DNA from: a virus
Taxonomy: Duplodnaviria > Caudoviricetes
Virus record (IMG/VR): IMGVR_UViG_3300005611_002069
Coordinates: 8,238 to 72,237 of that record
Strand: one strand, 5' to 3'
Length of the DNA stretch: 64,000 nucleotides
In this document: in pieces, positions 19,424 to 29,150 of the stretch
How the letters are laid out: every line of letters begins with the position of its first letter
Position numbering within the stretch: the stretch's first letter is position 1
The notes under the pieces: model-generated
Told to the model about the DNA's origin: nothing
Databases searched by the model: none
The model's input: the letters and a program-made list of their open reading frames with translations, nothing else
Made by a program: the position numbers and the translations under genes

Positions 19424-21671
19424 TATATGTTTTGTATTTGCCTCAGCAGCAGAGAAAAACGCAGATAAGATTGTAGGTAAATATCTTAAAGATATTGACT
19501 ATGATATACAGTTTCTAAGTTCTGGGTCTAAAGATAAAATACTTAAAAAAGATATTGATTTAGAAATGTCAGTACTTGATAGTTATAAGTTAGTTTGTCC
19601 TATAGGTGCAGATGCACTAAAATATGTTACTGGTATTACAGGTATAACTAAATACAACGGTGTACATTTAGAAAAAAAATATATGCCTATTGTCCACCCA
19701 AATATGGCAATAGTAAAACCACAGATGGAAGATGAGATTAAAAAAGCATTTAGTAGAATACTTCCTATACTTAATGACGAAGATTCGGGTAAACAGATTG
19801 AAAAAGATTATAAACACATTGAAACCGTAGCAGAACTAGATGAATATAGAGATCAATTAGAAGCTGCTAAAACTTTAGTTGTTGATATTGAAACAACCTC
19901 TGTGTCTCCACACACAGGATCAATACTTGGTATTGCAATGTCTACAAAACCAAACCAAGGATTATATGTATCAATCGATGTAGTAAATAATCTTTATACT
20001 TACTTTCAAGAATTGTTTAATGATAGAAAATGTATATTTCATAATGCAAAATTTGATATGGGTTTTATGGAACATGAGTTAAAATTTTCTTTTCCTGATT
20101 GGGAAGATACTATGTTATTACATTATTGTTTAGAAGAATCAGTTGGAACACACGGTCTAAAACCCCTTGCTCTTAGATTTACTGATCTTGGAGATTATGA
20201 GAGAGAACTTGATGAATATAAAAAGTCATGGGCTAGAAGAAATAAAGTAAAACTAGCAGACTTCAATTATGGTATGTTGCCCGCTGACATACTTGCTCCT
20301 TACGCGTGTAAAGATGCGGATGCAACTTTTCAATTATACAATAAGTTTAAGCCGCTGGTTGATAAGAGTAAAGAATTTACAAGACTATATACAACCATTC
20401 TTAAACCTGCAACTATCGCATTAAAACGTTTAGAGAAAAACGGTGGCCCAGTTGATACTACAGCAGTAGACGCTTTACAAAAATCTTATCAAATAGATGT
20501 TGAAGAATGTATAGATGAAATTTCAAATAATAGTGCAGTTCAAAGATTCGAAAGAATACATAATAAAACTTTTAACCCAAACTCAACTATGCAACTTCGA
20601 GAATTGTTTTTTAATATCTTAGCAATTAAACCTACAAAGAAAACAGAAACAGGTGCACACAGTGTAGATAAAGAGGTATTGCAAAATATGAACCACCCTC
20701 TAGCTGAAGCGGTGCTCGATCTCAGAGAAAAATCTAAAATGGCAGGCACTTATATTTCTAACATACAACAAGGAGTAGATAGTGACGGAAGACTTAGAAG
20801 CGGTTTTAATATTCATGGGACCACCAGTGGTCGCCTTAGTAGTAGTGGGAATCTCAACTACCAAAATATACCAAGAGACAACAAAGACATTAAAAAACTT
20901 TTCAAAGCACGAGAAGGTTTTAAAATTGTTCAGTGTGACCTCGGCACTGCAGAAGTCTATTATGCAGCTATGCTTAGTAATGATTCATTCCTACAAAAAG
21001 CTTTTATTGATAAATTGGACTTTCACTCGTATGTTGCAAAACAAATGTTTAACCTCACTTGTGAAGTATCAGAAGTTAAATCAAAATATCCAGCACAGAG
21101 ACAGTATGCAAAGGCTATTACCTTCGGGATTATGTATCAAGCAGGACCTGCAAAAATCGCAGAGACAGTTAATAAAGACGCAGTACCAGGAGAAGAAATA
21201 AGCATTCCACAAGCTAAGTTATTCATTAATAAATACTTCAATGAAGCAAGAGCACTTAAACGTTTTATAGATGCGTCAAATCAACAGATAGAAAATTATG
21301 CTTATATATATTCTTTTTTTGGTAGAAAGCGTAGACTTCCAGAATCTAAATCACCAAACCCAGGAGTATCAAAACACGCAATACGATCAGGTGTTAACTT
21401 CTTAGTTCAAAGTGTGGCTTCAGATATTAATATTATGGGTGTTATTGATCTGATAAAGTGGATTGATGAGAATAATTATCACAATGATATCTTACCTTTT
21501 ACTGTGGTTCATGACTCTATTGTGTCAGAAGTGAGAGAAGATTTGATTGATACTTATATTCAAAATACTAGAGAGTGTATACAAAGAGACCGAGGACTAA
21601 GTATACCTAACTGTCCTATAAAAGTTGATTTTGAAGTTGGGCCAAGTTGGGGAGAGTTAAGTGAGCTTTAA
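19416..21671 (+). CDS. polA: family A DNA polymerase, T5-like
   Basis: ExoI VDIET, FHNAKFD, YACKDAD; motif A CDLGTAE, motif B AKAITFGIMY, motif C VHDS. Confidence 0.95.
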   Translation: MSDICFVFASAAEKNADKIVGKYLKDIDYDIQFLSSGSKDKILKKDIDLEMSVLDSYKLVCPIGADALKYVTGITGITKYNGVHLEKKYMPIVHPNMAIVKPQMEDEIKKAFSRILPILNDEDSGKQIEKDYKHIETVAELDEYRDQLEAAKTLVVDIETTSVSPHTGSILGIAMSTKPNQGLYVSIDVVNNLYTYFQELFNDRKCIFHNAKFDMGFMEHELKFSFPDWEDTMLLHYCLEESVGTHGLKPLALRFTDLGDYERELDEYKKSWARRNKVKLADFNYGMLPADILAPYACKDADATFQLYNKFKPLVDKSKEFTRLYTTILKPATIALKRLEKNGGPVDTTAVDALQKSYQIDVEECIDEISNNSAVQRFERIHNKTFNPNSTMQLRELFFNILAIKPTKKTETGAHSVDKEVLQNMNHPLAEAVLDLREKSKMAGTYISNIQQGVDSDGRLRSGFNIHGTTSGRLSSSGNLNYQNIPRDNKDIKKLFKAREGFKIVQCDLGTAEVYYAAMLSNDSFLQKAFIDKLDFHSYVAKQMFNLTCEVSEVKSKYPAQRQYAKAITFGIMYQAGPAKIAETVNKDAVPGEEISIPQAKLFINKYFNEARALKRFIDASNQQIENYAYIYSFFGRKRRLPESKSPNPGVSKHAIRSGVNFLVQSVASDINIMGVIDLIKWIDENNYHNDILPFTVVHDSIVSEVREDLIDTYIQNTRECIQRDRGLSIPNCPIKVDFEVGPSWGELSEL

Positions 21672-22206
21672 AGCTTTTACAGCAGCAACAATTATCATGG
21701 GATCTTTAACAAGTAAAGCTGCTCTTGGAGATGTATTTAACGGAAAACCTCCTAATAATCATATTGAGTGTATGGCAAAAAATATATATTTTGAAGCTAA
21801 GTCACAGTCACTTGTTGGTCAACTTGCTGTTGGATTAGTAGTATTAAACAGAGTAAAGAGTAAAGATTTTCCTAATGATGTGTGTAAAGTAGTATATCAG
21901 GGACCTATTAGAGAGTCTTGGAAAACCAAAAAATATCCTAATCTTCCTAAAGAATTAAGAGAATACTATCCTGTAAGACATCGGTGTCAATTTAGTTGGT
22001 ATTGTGATGGATTTAAAGATACAATAAAAGAACCTTCAGTTTATGCAAACATACTATCAATAGCTACAAAACTTATGGGAGATGTTTATGATTTTACAGA
22101 TGGAGCTACCCATTATCATGCTACATACGTTTCTCCTGAATGGACTAATTTAGAGGTAGCATTTACTATAGATGACCATATATTTTATAGACCTAAAAAG
22201 AAATGA
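21661..22206 (+). CDS. SleB-like cell wall hydrolase (Hydrolase_2), GTG start
   Basis: CMAKNIYFEA, VVLNRV, CQFSWYCDG, GATHYHA, IDDHIFY. Confidence 0.9.
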   Translation: MSFKAFTAATIIMGSLTSKAALGDVFNGKPPNNHIECMAKNIYFEAKSQSLVGQLAVGLVVLNRVKSKDFPNDVCKVVYQGPIRESWKTKKYPNLPKELREYYPVRHRCQFSWYCDGFKDTIKEPSVYANILSIATKLMGDVYDFTDGATHYHATYVSPEWTNLEVAFTIDDHIFYRPKKK

Positions 22207-22661
22207 TTCAATATCCTATATTTTGTTTAAGAAAAAAACCGTATGATATCAAAATTGATACAACAACGATTAAAATAAAGAAACATGAGCATTCGCACTT
22301 TGAGACTGTAGATGATAGAGATTTTGGTGGTGATTACTTTATGAGACTTTTACAAATAGAGCATCGAATAAGGTTTGATTTTACCTGTAGTAATTTACAA
22401 GAGATTATTTTATCAAATTGTAGATGGGGAATAGATTCTAATGCAAAAATTCATGAATTACCTAGTTTTAATAAAATTAGAAGTCAAAGAAGAAAAATAG
22501 TCAGAGCAAATAAGAATAGTATTTGGTTGCACAGAATATCTTATCCATTTAAAATTAAAACACAGGAAAATTTAAAAGGATCTATTGAAGGAAAATATGT
22601 AGATATAATAAAGATTGAGAATAAATGGTTTATAAAACGGTTTGTAGATGAACCTGTTTAA
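22203..22661 (+). CDS. conserved T5-like hypothetical protein
   Basis: coupled ORF between pol and D10, as in T5-like phages. Confidence 0.55.
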   Translation: MIQYPIFCLRKKPYDIKIDTTTIKIKKHEHSHFETVDDRDFGGDYFMRLLQIEHRIRFDFTCSNLQEIILSNCRWGIDSNAKIHELPSFNKIRSQRRKIVRANKNSIWLHRISYPFKIKTQENLKGSIEGKYVDIIKIENKWFIKRFVDEPV

Positions 22662-22669
22662 ATGAGGAT

Positions 22670-23338
22670 ATGATGGCAAGACTAGCAACACCAATAGAAT
22701 ACGTCTTAGAGAAAGAAAAATACTTAAATATAGTCGAAGACGGAAGTAGATGGATCAATGTAAATGGTCATGATATTTTTGGTTATTGCAGATATGCAAA
22801 GTTTTATGAACTAATGGTTACTAGTGCAAAAGGACCATGCGTATTTGTGGAAGTTGGAAGTTTTTTAGGTCAATCAACTGCTATACTTAGTTATTTAATT
22901 GATAAATATAAAAAACCAATCGTTATTGATTGTGTAGACATTTTTGATTTATCTGATTTTAGTGATGGTGAACACGAAAGATATATAGGACAACTTGAAG
23001 GTAAGTTTTTTGAAACATTTTTAGCAAATATGAATAAATCTAAAACAATTCACAACATTAGGTATATTCATAAGGGAACTTCTGTTGAAGCAGCAAAAAA
23101 GTATCCAGAACATTCTATAGATTTAGTATACTTAGATGCTTCACACTTAAAAGAACATCTTCTGTGGGATTTAAAATCTTGGACACCTAAAGTCAAAAAA
23201 GATGGAGTTATTGCTGGTGATGATATAGATCATAAGGGTGTTTATGAGGCTTTAGAAGAGTTTTTTGAAAAAGACGAAAAAGGCATCAAAAATTCTAGAG
23301 GCACGGATTTTGGAACATGGGCTGTAGTGAAAGAATGA
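22670..23338 (+). CDS. class I SAM-dependent methyltransferase (Methyltransf_24-like)
   Basis: VEVGSFLGQS, DLVYLDASH, GVIAGDD. Confidence 0.85.
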   Translation: MMARLATPIEYVLEKEKYLNIVEDGSRWINVNGHDIFGYCRYAKFYELMVTSAKGPCVFVEVGSFLGQSTAILSYLIDKYKKPIVIDCVDIFDLSDFSDGEHERYIGQLEGKFFETFLANMNKSKTIHNIRYIHKGTSVEAAKKYPEHSIDLVYLDASHLKEHLLWDLKSWTPKVKKDGVIAGDDIDHKGVYEALEEFFEKDEKGIKNSRGTDFGTWAVVKE

Positions 23339-24621
23339 AAAAGGCAAAAGTAAAAAAGATTTATCTTTCAGACAAAATATATATTAAAAAAACAGACGTT
23401 GAGGATGTAGATACGCTAGTATCTCTTTTTACATACGACACAGGTGAAGATATTCTTCAAACTTACGATGAAACTGATACTCACTTTATTTTACCATCAA
23501 ATAGTTTTGGTAAACTAGACTACGGTTCTGTTTCTGATAAAAGAACTTTCATAACTGCAAAAAGTAATCTTTCATTTGCTGGCAAATTAAGATGGGAACA
23601 AAAAGAAGTTGTAGACAAATTTCATACAAAAGGAAGAGCTAGAAGTGGTATTATACAAGCCCCTTGTGGTTGGGGAAAAACATTTACTGGTGTAGATATA
23701 ATCGCAAGAAATAATGTTACAACTCTAGTTATGGTGCATACTAAACTTTTATTCAGACAATGGATAGAAGAATTAGAAAAACAAGTTCCTGGGTGCAAGA
23801 TAGGAATGATAGGAGACGGAATACTCGATATCCAAGATATTACAGTTGGTATATATAAAAGTGTTTATAATAACCTTAGTGATTTGCGTAATAGTTTTTC
23901 TTTAGTATTAGTAGACGAAGCACATTTATGTCCTGCAGAGTTATTTAGTACAGCACTTAATAACTTAAATGCTAAAATCAAGATAGGAATTAGTGCTACA
24001 CCAAAAAGAAAAGACGGAAAACATGTGTATTTAGGAGACTATTTCACTCCTTTTATGGTTACGGCTAGAGACCCGAGAAAATTACAAGATCCAATGATTA
24101 TGGTTAAAAGGACTGATTTTAGATTTCCAGTTATAGATCCAAAACGTGATTGGTCGCGCCAGTTGAACAAATTATGCGGTAATCAAGATTACTTGGCAGC
24201 TATCGCAAATATGGCGACTCAACTTATAGGTCAAAAACGATGTCCTTTGATTCTTGGTGAGCGAGTTCAAATGCTCAAAGACTTACAAGGAATGATAAAA
24301 GATAGTATATGTTTAATAGGAGAAACAGATGAATCAACTAGAAAAGACGTTCTTCAAAATGTTGGAGGAAAGTATAAAGCAGTCTTATCAACCAAACTCT
24401 TCGATGAAGGCATCAGTTGTCATCGTCTTGATACTCTTATTATCACTTGCCCTAACAATAATCCTATAAAGTTAGAGCAAAGAATAGGTAGAATAATAAG
24501 AGAACATCCCGACAAACAAGTGCCTATGGTGGTAGACTTTTGGCTTAGTGGGCCAATAGTAGCTAGACAGCAAGCAAAAAGATTAGAGTGGTATAAACAA
24601 CGTGGCTATTACATACTTTAA
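23335..24621 (+). CDS. SF2 helicase (T5 D10/UvsW-like); likely start 23335
   Basis: APCGWGKT, LVDEAH, SAT, QRIGRIIR. Confidence 0.92.
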   Translation: MKKAKVKKIYLSDKIYIKKTDVEDVDTLVSLFTYDTGEDILQTYDETDTHFILPSNSFGKLDYGSVSDKRTFITAKSNLSFAGKLRWEQKEVVDKFHTKGRARSGIIQAPCGWGKTFTGVDIIARNNVTTLVMVHTKLLFRQWIEELEKQVPGCKIGMIGDGILDIQDITVGIYKSVYNNLSDLRNSFSLVLVDEAHLCPAELFSTALNNLNAKIKIGISATPKRKDGKHVYLGDYFTPFMVTARDPRKLQDPMIMVKRTDFRFPVIDPKRDWSRQLNKLCGNQDYLAAIANMATQLIGQKRCPLILGERVQMLKDLQGMIKDSICLIGETDESTRKDVLQNVGGKYKAVLSTKLFDEGISCHRLDTLIITCPNNNPIKLEQRIGRIIREHPDKQVPMVVDFWLSGPIVARQQAKRLEWYKQRGYYIL

Positions 24622-25042
24622 TTGGTACGAGTTACACTCAAAAGCAAAGGGCGACCCTGCTGGAATAATCATCTTGACTTATGGTCTAACTTCAAGTTAT
24701 AATGTGAATACTTCTCAATACTTGATGAAAAAATTAAATATAAATCATATACCGCCTTTACTTTTTAGTAGAAAGCATTTGAGTCAGTCAAGATACAGAA
24801 TAATATCAAACTATGTTACTAAAGAACCACAAAGTTATTTCAAAAACGAAAGGTTTTTATTTGCAAGAGTAAATGTTAGACATAAAGCATTATATTTACG
24901 AGCATTGTCAATGAGAGATATTGATGATAAAAATAATTTTATACCTAGACACTATTTTAATGAAGTAGCTAAAAACCCTTTTTTAAAAGTAACAGAAGAT
25001 AAAATACATTTTATATACGAGTCTCCGCGAGGAGATACCTAA
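24602..25042 (+). CDS. conserved T5-like hypothetical protein (GTG start)
   Basis: position between D10 and D11. Confidence 0.55.
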   Translation: MAITYFNWYELHSKAKGDPAGIIILTYGLTSSYNVNTSQYLMKKLNINHIPPLLFSRKHLSQSRYRIISNYVTKEPQSYFKNERFLFARVNVRHKALYLRALSMRDIDDKNNFIPRHYFNEVAKNPFLKVTEDKIHFIYESPRGDT

Positions 25043-25074
25043 ACTAAAGAACCAACGTTCACAAGGAGGATACT

Positions 25075-25734
25075 ATGGTAGCTTGGGATAAAGCAAGAGG
25101 TAAACAAAGCTCTGGGTCAAGCCAGCGCAAAGAAATCGAGAGACTATCTCTCTCGATCGGTGATACTAAAGTTAGGTTGATAGGCGATGTAATGCCTAGA
25201 TACTGCTACTGGGTTGTCACTACTGAAGGCAAAAAAATGCCTATAGAATGTCTTAGTTTTTCAAGAGAAACTGAGTCATTTGATAATAACGCTCAAGATC
25301 CTTTCAAGGAGATTGACACTGCAATATATTCAGACAAACCACAATTTTCATATGTCTGTAATGTAATTGATAGAACAGATGGTAAAATTAAACTGTTCGA
25401 TTTAAGAGCAACTATTTATTCTCAAATAGTAGACTATGCTTCTAACCCTGAATATGGTAACCCTGCTGATCCAGTAAAAGGTTATGATCTCACTGTAAAA
25501 AAAGAGAAGACAGGGCCACTTCCTCAAAATGTTAAGTATACTGTAGTTCCTGCAAGGAGCAACATTGCCTTAACTGAAGACGAACAAAAGCTAGAACTTT
25601 TTGAACTAGATAGAATCTACAAACGTCAAACTTATGATGAGCAGAAAGAATGGCTATTGCAAAATACTGCATTCTTTTCCGCAGAAGCTGGTGATGAGTT
25701 TAAAGCTGTAGAAGATGTTGAGGACTTAGCATAA
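25075..25734 (+). CDS. T5 D11-like ssDNA-binding/recombination protein
   Basis: VRLIGDVMPRYCYWV, GYDLTVKKEKTG, acidic C-tail; AGGAGG SD. Confidence 0.8.
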   Translation: MVAWDKARGKQSSGSSQRKEIERLSLSIGDTKVRLIGDVMPRYCYWVVTTEGKKMPIECLSFSRETESFDNNAQDPFKEIDTAIYSDKPQFSYVCNVIDRTDGKIKLFDLRATIYSQIVDYASNPEYGNPADPVKGYDLTVKKEKTGPLPQNVKYTVVPARSNIALTEDEQKLELFELDRIYKRQTYDEQKEWLLQNTAFFSAEAGDEFKAVEDVEDLA

Positions 25735-26574
25735 ATGAAAAAAAAGTTATCTGATTTAGTTAGTAATACTATAACTAGCGAAGGTAGCACAGATAATGCT
25801 CCAAAGAAAAAAAACTTTGGAGCATTCACTGATGTTACAGGTGATCAAGCGAAAATTGATCTTAACATACTGAGAGAATATAATGTTTTCTTTGCAACTC
25901 CGTGTTATGGAGGAAATCTAACGGATCAGTACTTTTTAAGTATGTTTCGTTGCACACAAACGATGATGAAAAACGGTATAAATTTTAGGATAACAACATT
26001 AAGGAATGAATCGTTAGTAACTAGAGCTAGAAATATTTTATCAGCAATGTTTATGGAAAGTGATTGTACTCATTTATTTTTTGTTGATGCTGACATAGAA
26101 TTTGATGCAGAGTCAGTATTAAGAGCTTTAGCTTTTGATAAAGATATAATTGCGGGTGCTTATCCTAAAAAAGCACTACCTGTACAGTATGCACTGAATT
26201 TTAAATTTATTGACCCTACTAAAGGACAGATTAGAGTTCAGAATGGTGCTGCTGAAGTATTAGATGCATCAACTGGTTTTTTCTGTATAAAAAAGAATGT
26301 ATTTGATAAGATGAGAGAAGCATACCCAGAACTGCATTATAAGAATGATTCTAACATAGACAAAAAATACAATAAATATTGTTATTCATTTTTTGATACA
26401 ATCCATGATAAAACAGATAATAGATATTTATCAGAAGATTACACTTTTTGCAGAAGATGGCAAGCTATAGGTGGAGAAATTTGGGTAGATTTATCTACAA
26501 AACTTAATCATGTAGGTAGTTATACTTTTGAAGGCGATCTCAGCAAAATAATAAATGTGGGAGCAGGCAAGTGA
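25735..26574 (+). CDS. GT-A glycosyltransferase-like protein
   Basis: ATPCYGG, ESLVTRARN, THLFFVDADI (DxD), YLSEDYTFC. Confidence 0.8.
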   Translation: MKKKLSDLVSNTITSEGSTDNAPKKKNFGAFTDVTGDQAKIDLNILREYNVFFATPCYGGNLTDQYFLSMFRCTQTMMKNGINFRITTLRNESLVTRARNILSAMFMESDCTHLFFVDADIEFDAESVLRALAFDKDIIAGAYPKKALPVQYALNFKFIDPTKGQIRVQNGAAEVLDASTGFFCIKKNVFDKMREAYPELHYKNDSNIDKKYNKYCYSFFDTIHDKTDNRYLSEDYTFCRRWQAIGGEIWVDLSTKLNHVGSYTFEGDLSKIINVGAGK

Positions 26575-27158
26575 AAAAGGGGATAGTTGTAAAAAAGAAT
26601 GTATTTCAAATTGAAGAAGTAAAAGCAATACATGATTTTATCATAAAAAATGATATACTGTTTAATAATCCCGTATTTACATCTGGACAACAAATCCCCG
26701 ATTTTATAGGGTCTACAATACCTTTTAAAAGATTAGATAATAACTCACAAGAAATGTTCGGTATTAAACAGTTTTTAAACACTGTTAGATTCTTTACTCA
26801 AAAAATTATTCACGAAAGATCTGGAGAGTTACATATACCTGATAATACTGAACTAGTAAAGTGGAAAGAAGGTAGAGAGATGGGTCTTCACTCAGATAAC
26901 TCTTGGCCAGATGGCTCTCAACAAGATCATCCTACTAACTTTAGAACATGGTCTGGTATATTTTATATTAATGATGATTATGAAGGTGGTAAGATTGAGT
27001 TTCCATATAAAAAATATATGTATAAACCTAGAGCAAACTCTTTAGTAGTATTTCCTTCTACAAGTGATTATCTTCATGGAGTAACTAAGATTACTAAAGG
27101 AACTAGATACACAGTAGCTATGTGGTTTACACAAGACTTTGCTCACATTGAAATTTGA
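26571..27158 (+). CDS. prolyl-4-hydroxylase-like Fe(II)/2OG oxygenase (GTG start)
   Basis: LHSD (HxD), YINDDYEGG, YLHGV, RYTVAMW. Confidence 0.88.
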   Translation: MKKGIVVKKNVFQIEEVKAIHDFIIKNDILFNNPVFTSGQQIPDFIGSTIPFKRLDNNSQEMFGIKQFLNTVRFFTQKIIHERSGELHIPDNTELVKWKEGREMGLHSDNSWPDGSQQDHPTNFRTWSGIFYINDDYEGGKIEFPYKKYMYKPRANSLVVFPSTSDYLHGVTKITKGTRYTVAMWFTQDFAHIEI

Positions 27159-28999
27159 TGAAATTTCTTAGTTTTGTTCAGGTTAACTATACAGCTAATT
27201 TTGAAGGTAATAAGTACTACCTTCCTTATTCTGTAGGATTACTATGGGCATATCTAAGCAGTTTTAAAGAAAATGAGTTTACATTAGATAAAATTATATT
27301 AAAAAGGGATCCCATATCTACTACAGCAAAGATACTATCCAAAAATACAGTAGTAGCTTTTTCGTGTTATCTCTGGAACAGAAATTACTGTCTGTCTCTT
27401 GCCAAAGAAGTGAAGAAATTAAATCCAAGTATCAAAATCGTTTTCGGAGGGCCGGAGCTTGAGGTATCTGATATATCTTTTTTTAAAAAATTTCCTTTTA
27501 TTGACGTTCATGTAATAAATGAAGGTGAAATTACTTTCAAAAATGTTTTAGACAATATTAATAGTCTTGATCAAGTCCCAGGTATTATCTGGAATGACCA
27601 AGGAAAGCTAACTGTTAACAAAGTAGCAACGCGGATTGATAATCTAGATAATATTCCATCTCCTTATCTTACTGGGGTTTTTGATAAATTGATAGCGTCA
27701 AACCCAAACTTAGAATGGTCGGCGACTATAGAAACTAATAGAGGATGTCCTTATAAGTGTACTTTTTGTGATTGGGGTAGTTTAACTTACTCTAAAATTA
27801 GGAAATTCAATTTAGAAAGAGTATTATCGGAAATTAAATGGGTTTTTGATAATAAAAATGTAACTACTATTGACTTAGCTGATGCTAATTTTGGTATATT
27901 TACTGAGCGCGATTCACGGATTGTAAACGCAATTATTGAACAAAAAAATACAACAGGTAAAAAAATCAGCTTTACAACAAACTTTGCAAAAAATCAGAAT
28001 AAAACAGTAGTTGAGATGGTTAAAAAATTAGCAAAAAATACAGATTCATCCGACTATCACACTGTATCCCTTCAATCTCTAAATGAAAATGTTTTATCAG
28101 CTATTAAAAGAAAAAATCTTGCTGTTAACAAAATACAAGAAATATATGACATTGCTATTGAAAATGACTTAACTTTAAAAGTAGAACTAATCTTAGGACT
28201 GCCCGAAGATACTTTAGAAACTTACAAAAAAACCATTTTTGATTTATATGAAATCTCACCCGAAATCAGCATACAAGCTTATAGGCTTCAAGCTTTAAAT
28301 AACTCTGAGCTATTCCTAACAAGTCAGGATACTGTATGGAAACCTATAAAGAATTACAACTCTGAGTCAGAAGAAGATGTAGATGAATATATCTCTTATG
28401 TTTATAGTACAAAAACACTACATCATGAAGATTTATTAGAAGCTTTGTGTTTTACTTGTTGGATTATAGCATTTCATGTTTATGGTTTTTCTAATGTTTT
28501 AGCTAAAGAAGCGCGTGACAAAGGTATATCATATGAAAGTTTTTATAACGGGTTGTATGCTAGATGTATAAAAGACAAGTACATCAATAAGTATTTTGAA
28601 GATTTTAAGAAGAACCAAACAGAGTGGTATAACAATGAAGAATCAACCATTGAAGAAGTAAAAGGATTAAAATTTAATGCTCATAGGTCTATGTGGCATT
28701 TTATATCTAAAATACATGGCGACGAAGCGTTCACTCATATTTTTAAAATTTTAAAAGAGTACTCAAAAGAAATAAAAATTTTTAGTGATGAGTTATTTGG
28801 TTTACAACAAGTAGTACCAATTAACTTTAATAATCAAAGTGCATATCCGTTAACATTAAAATATAATGATAAAGATTTTAAAGTAATTAACAAACATAAG
28901 GTAACTCATAATCATATACAGTTTATCAATGATTTATATTATAAGAGAGATATTGGGTGGGGCAAGGCTATTGTTAAAGAAGATACAAGTGTGACGTGA
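27155..28999 (+). CDS. B12-binding radical SAM enzyme
   Basis: N-terminal cobalamin-binding domain (FSCYLWN, IVFGGP, GEGE-like), ETNRGCPYKCTFCDWG (CxxxCxxC), ELILGLP. Confidence 0.88.
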   Translation: MMKFLSFVQVNYTANFEGNKYYLPYSVGLLWAYLSSFKENEFTLDKIILKRDPISTTAKILSKNTVVAFSCYLWNRNYCLSLAKEVKKLNPSIKIVFGGPELEVSDISFFKKFPFIDVHVINEGEITFKNVLDNINSLDQVPGIIWNDQGKLTVNKVATRIDNLDNIPSPYLTGVFDKLIASNPNLEWSATIETNRGCPYKCTFCDWGSLTYSKIRKFNLERVLSEIKWVFDNKNVTTIDLADANFGIFTERDSRIVNAIIEQKNTTGKKISFTTNFAKNQNKTVVEMVKKLAKNTDSSDYHTVSLQSLNENVLSAIKRKNLAVNKIQEIYDIAIENDLTLKVELILGLPEDTLETYKKTIFDLYEISPEISIQAYRLQALNNSELFLTSQDTVWKPIKNYNSESEEDVDEYISYVYSTKTLHHEDLLEALCFTCWIIAFHVYGFSNVLAKEARDKGISYESFYNGLYARCIKDKYINKYFEDFKKNQTEWYNNEESTIEEVKGLKFNAHRSMWHFISKIHGDEAFTHIFKILKEYSKEIKIFSDELFGLQQVVPINFNNQSAYPLTLKYNDKDFKVINKHKVTHNHIQFINDLYYKRDIGWGKAIVKEDTSVT

Positions 29000-29124
29000 C
29001 GGTTAGGCAACTCCGTTGCCACGACTGCGTCTCTACGAGACACTAGCTAGAACACAGTGGTTCAAGCCTTATTCAATAGCTTTTCACCTGCCGGTGTAAC
29101 GCTGTTCACTAGCTATTCAATATT
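28991..29124. other. structured non-coding element: cluster of short hairpins upstream of D12
   Basis: ggcaac/gttgcc, gtctc/gagac, cacc/ggtg, gaac/gttc and ttcaatagct/agctattcaa inverted repeats; direct repeats gtgac x2 and tattcaata x2. Confidence 0.7.
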
Positions 29125-29150
29125 TTTAGCATATTTTAGAAGGAATTGCA

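Noticed and set aside
20782-21201. 139-aa alternate-frame ORF within polA
   Set aside because: No motif, no SD and no compositional anomaly; shadow of a conserved domain
29056-29068. GTGGTTCAAGCC resembling a tRNA T-loop
   Set aside because: The T-stem does not pair beyond 2 bp and no acceptor or anticodon arms can be built
28991-29150. Cobalamin or SAM riboswitch next to the B12 radical SAM gene
   Set aside because: Lies downstream of that gene; B12-box and SAM-I core motifs not found by eye (an Infernal search would be decisive)
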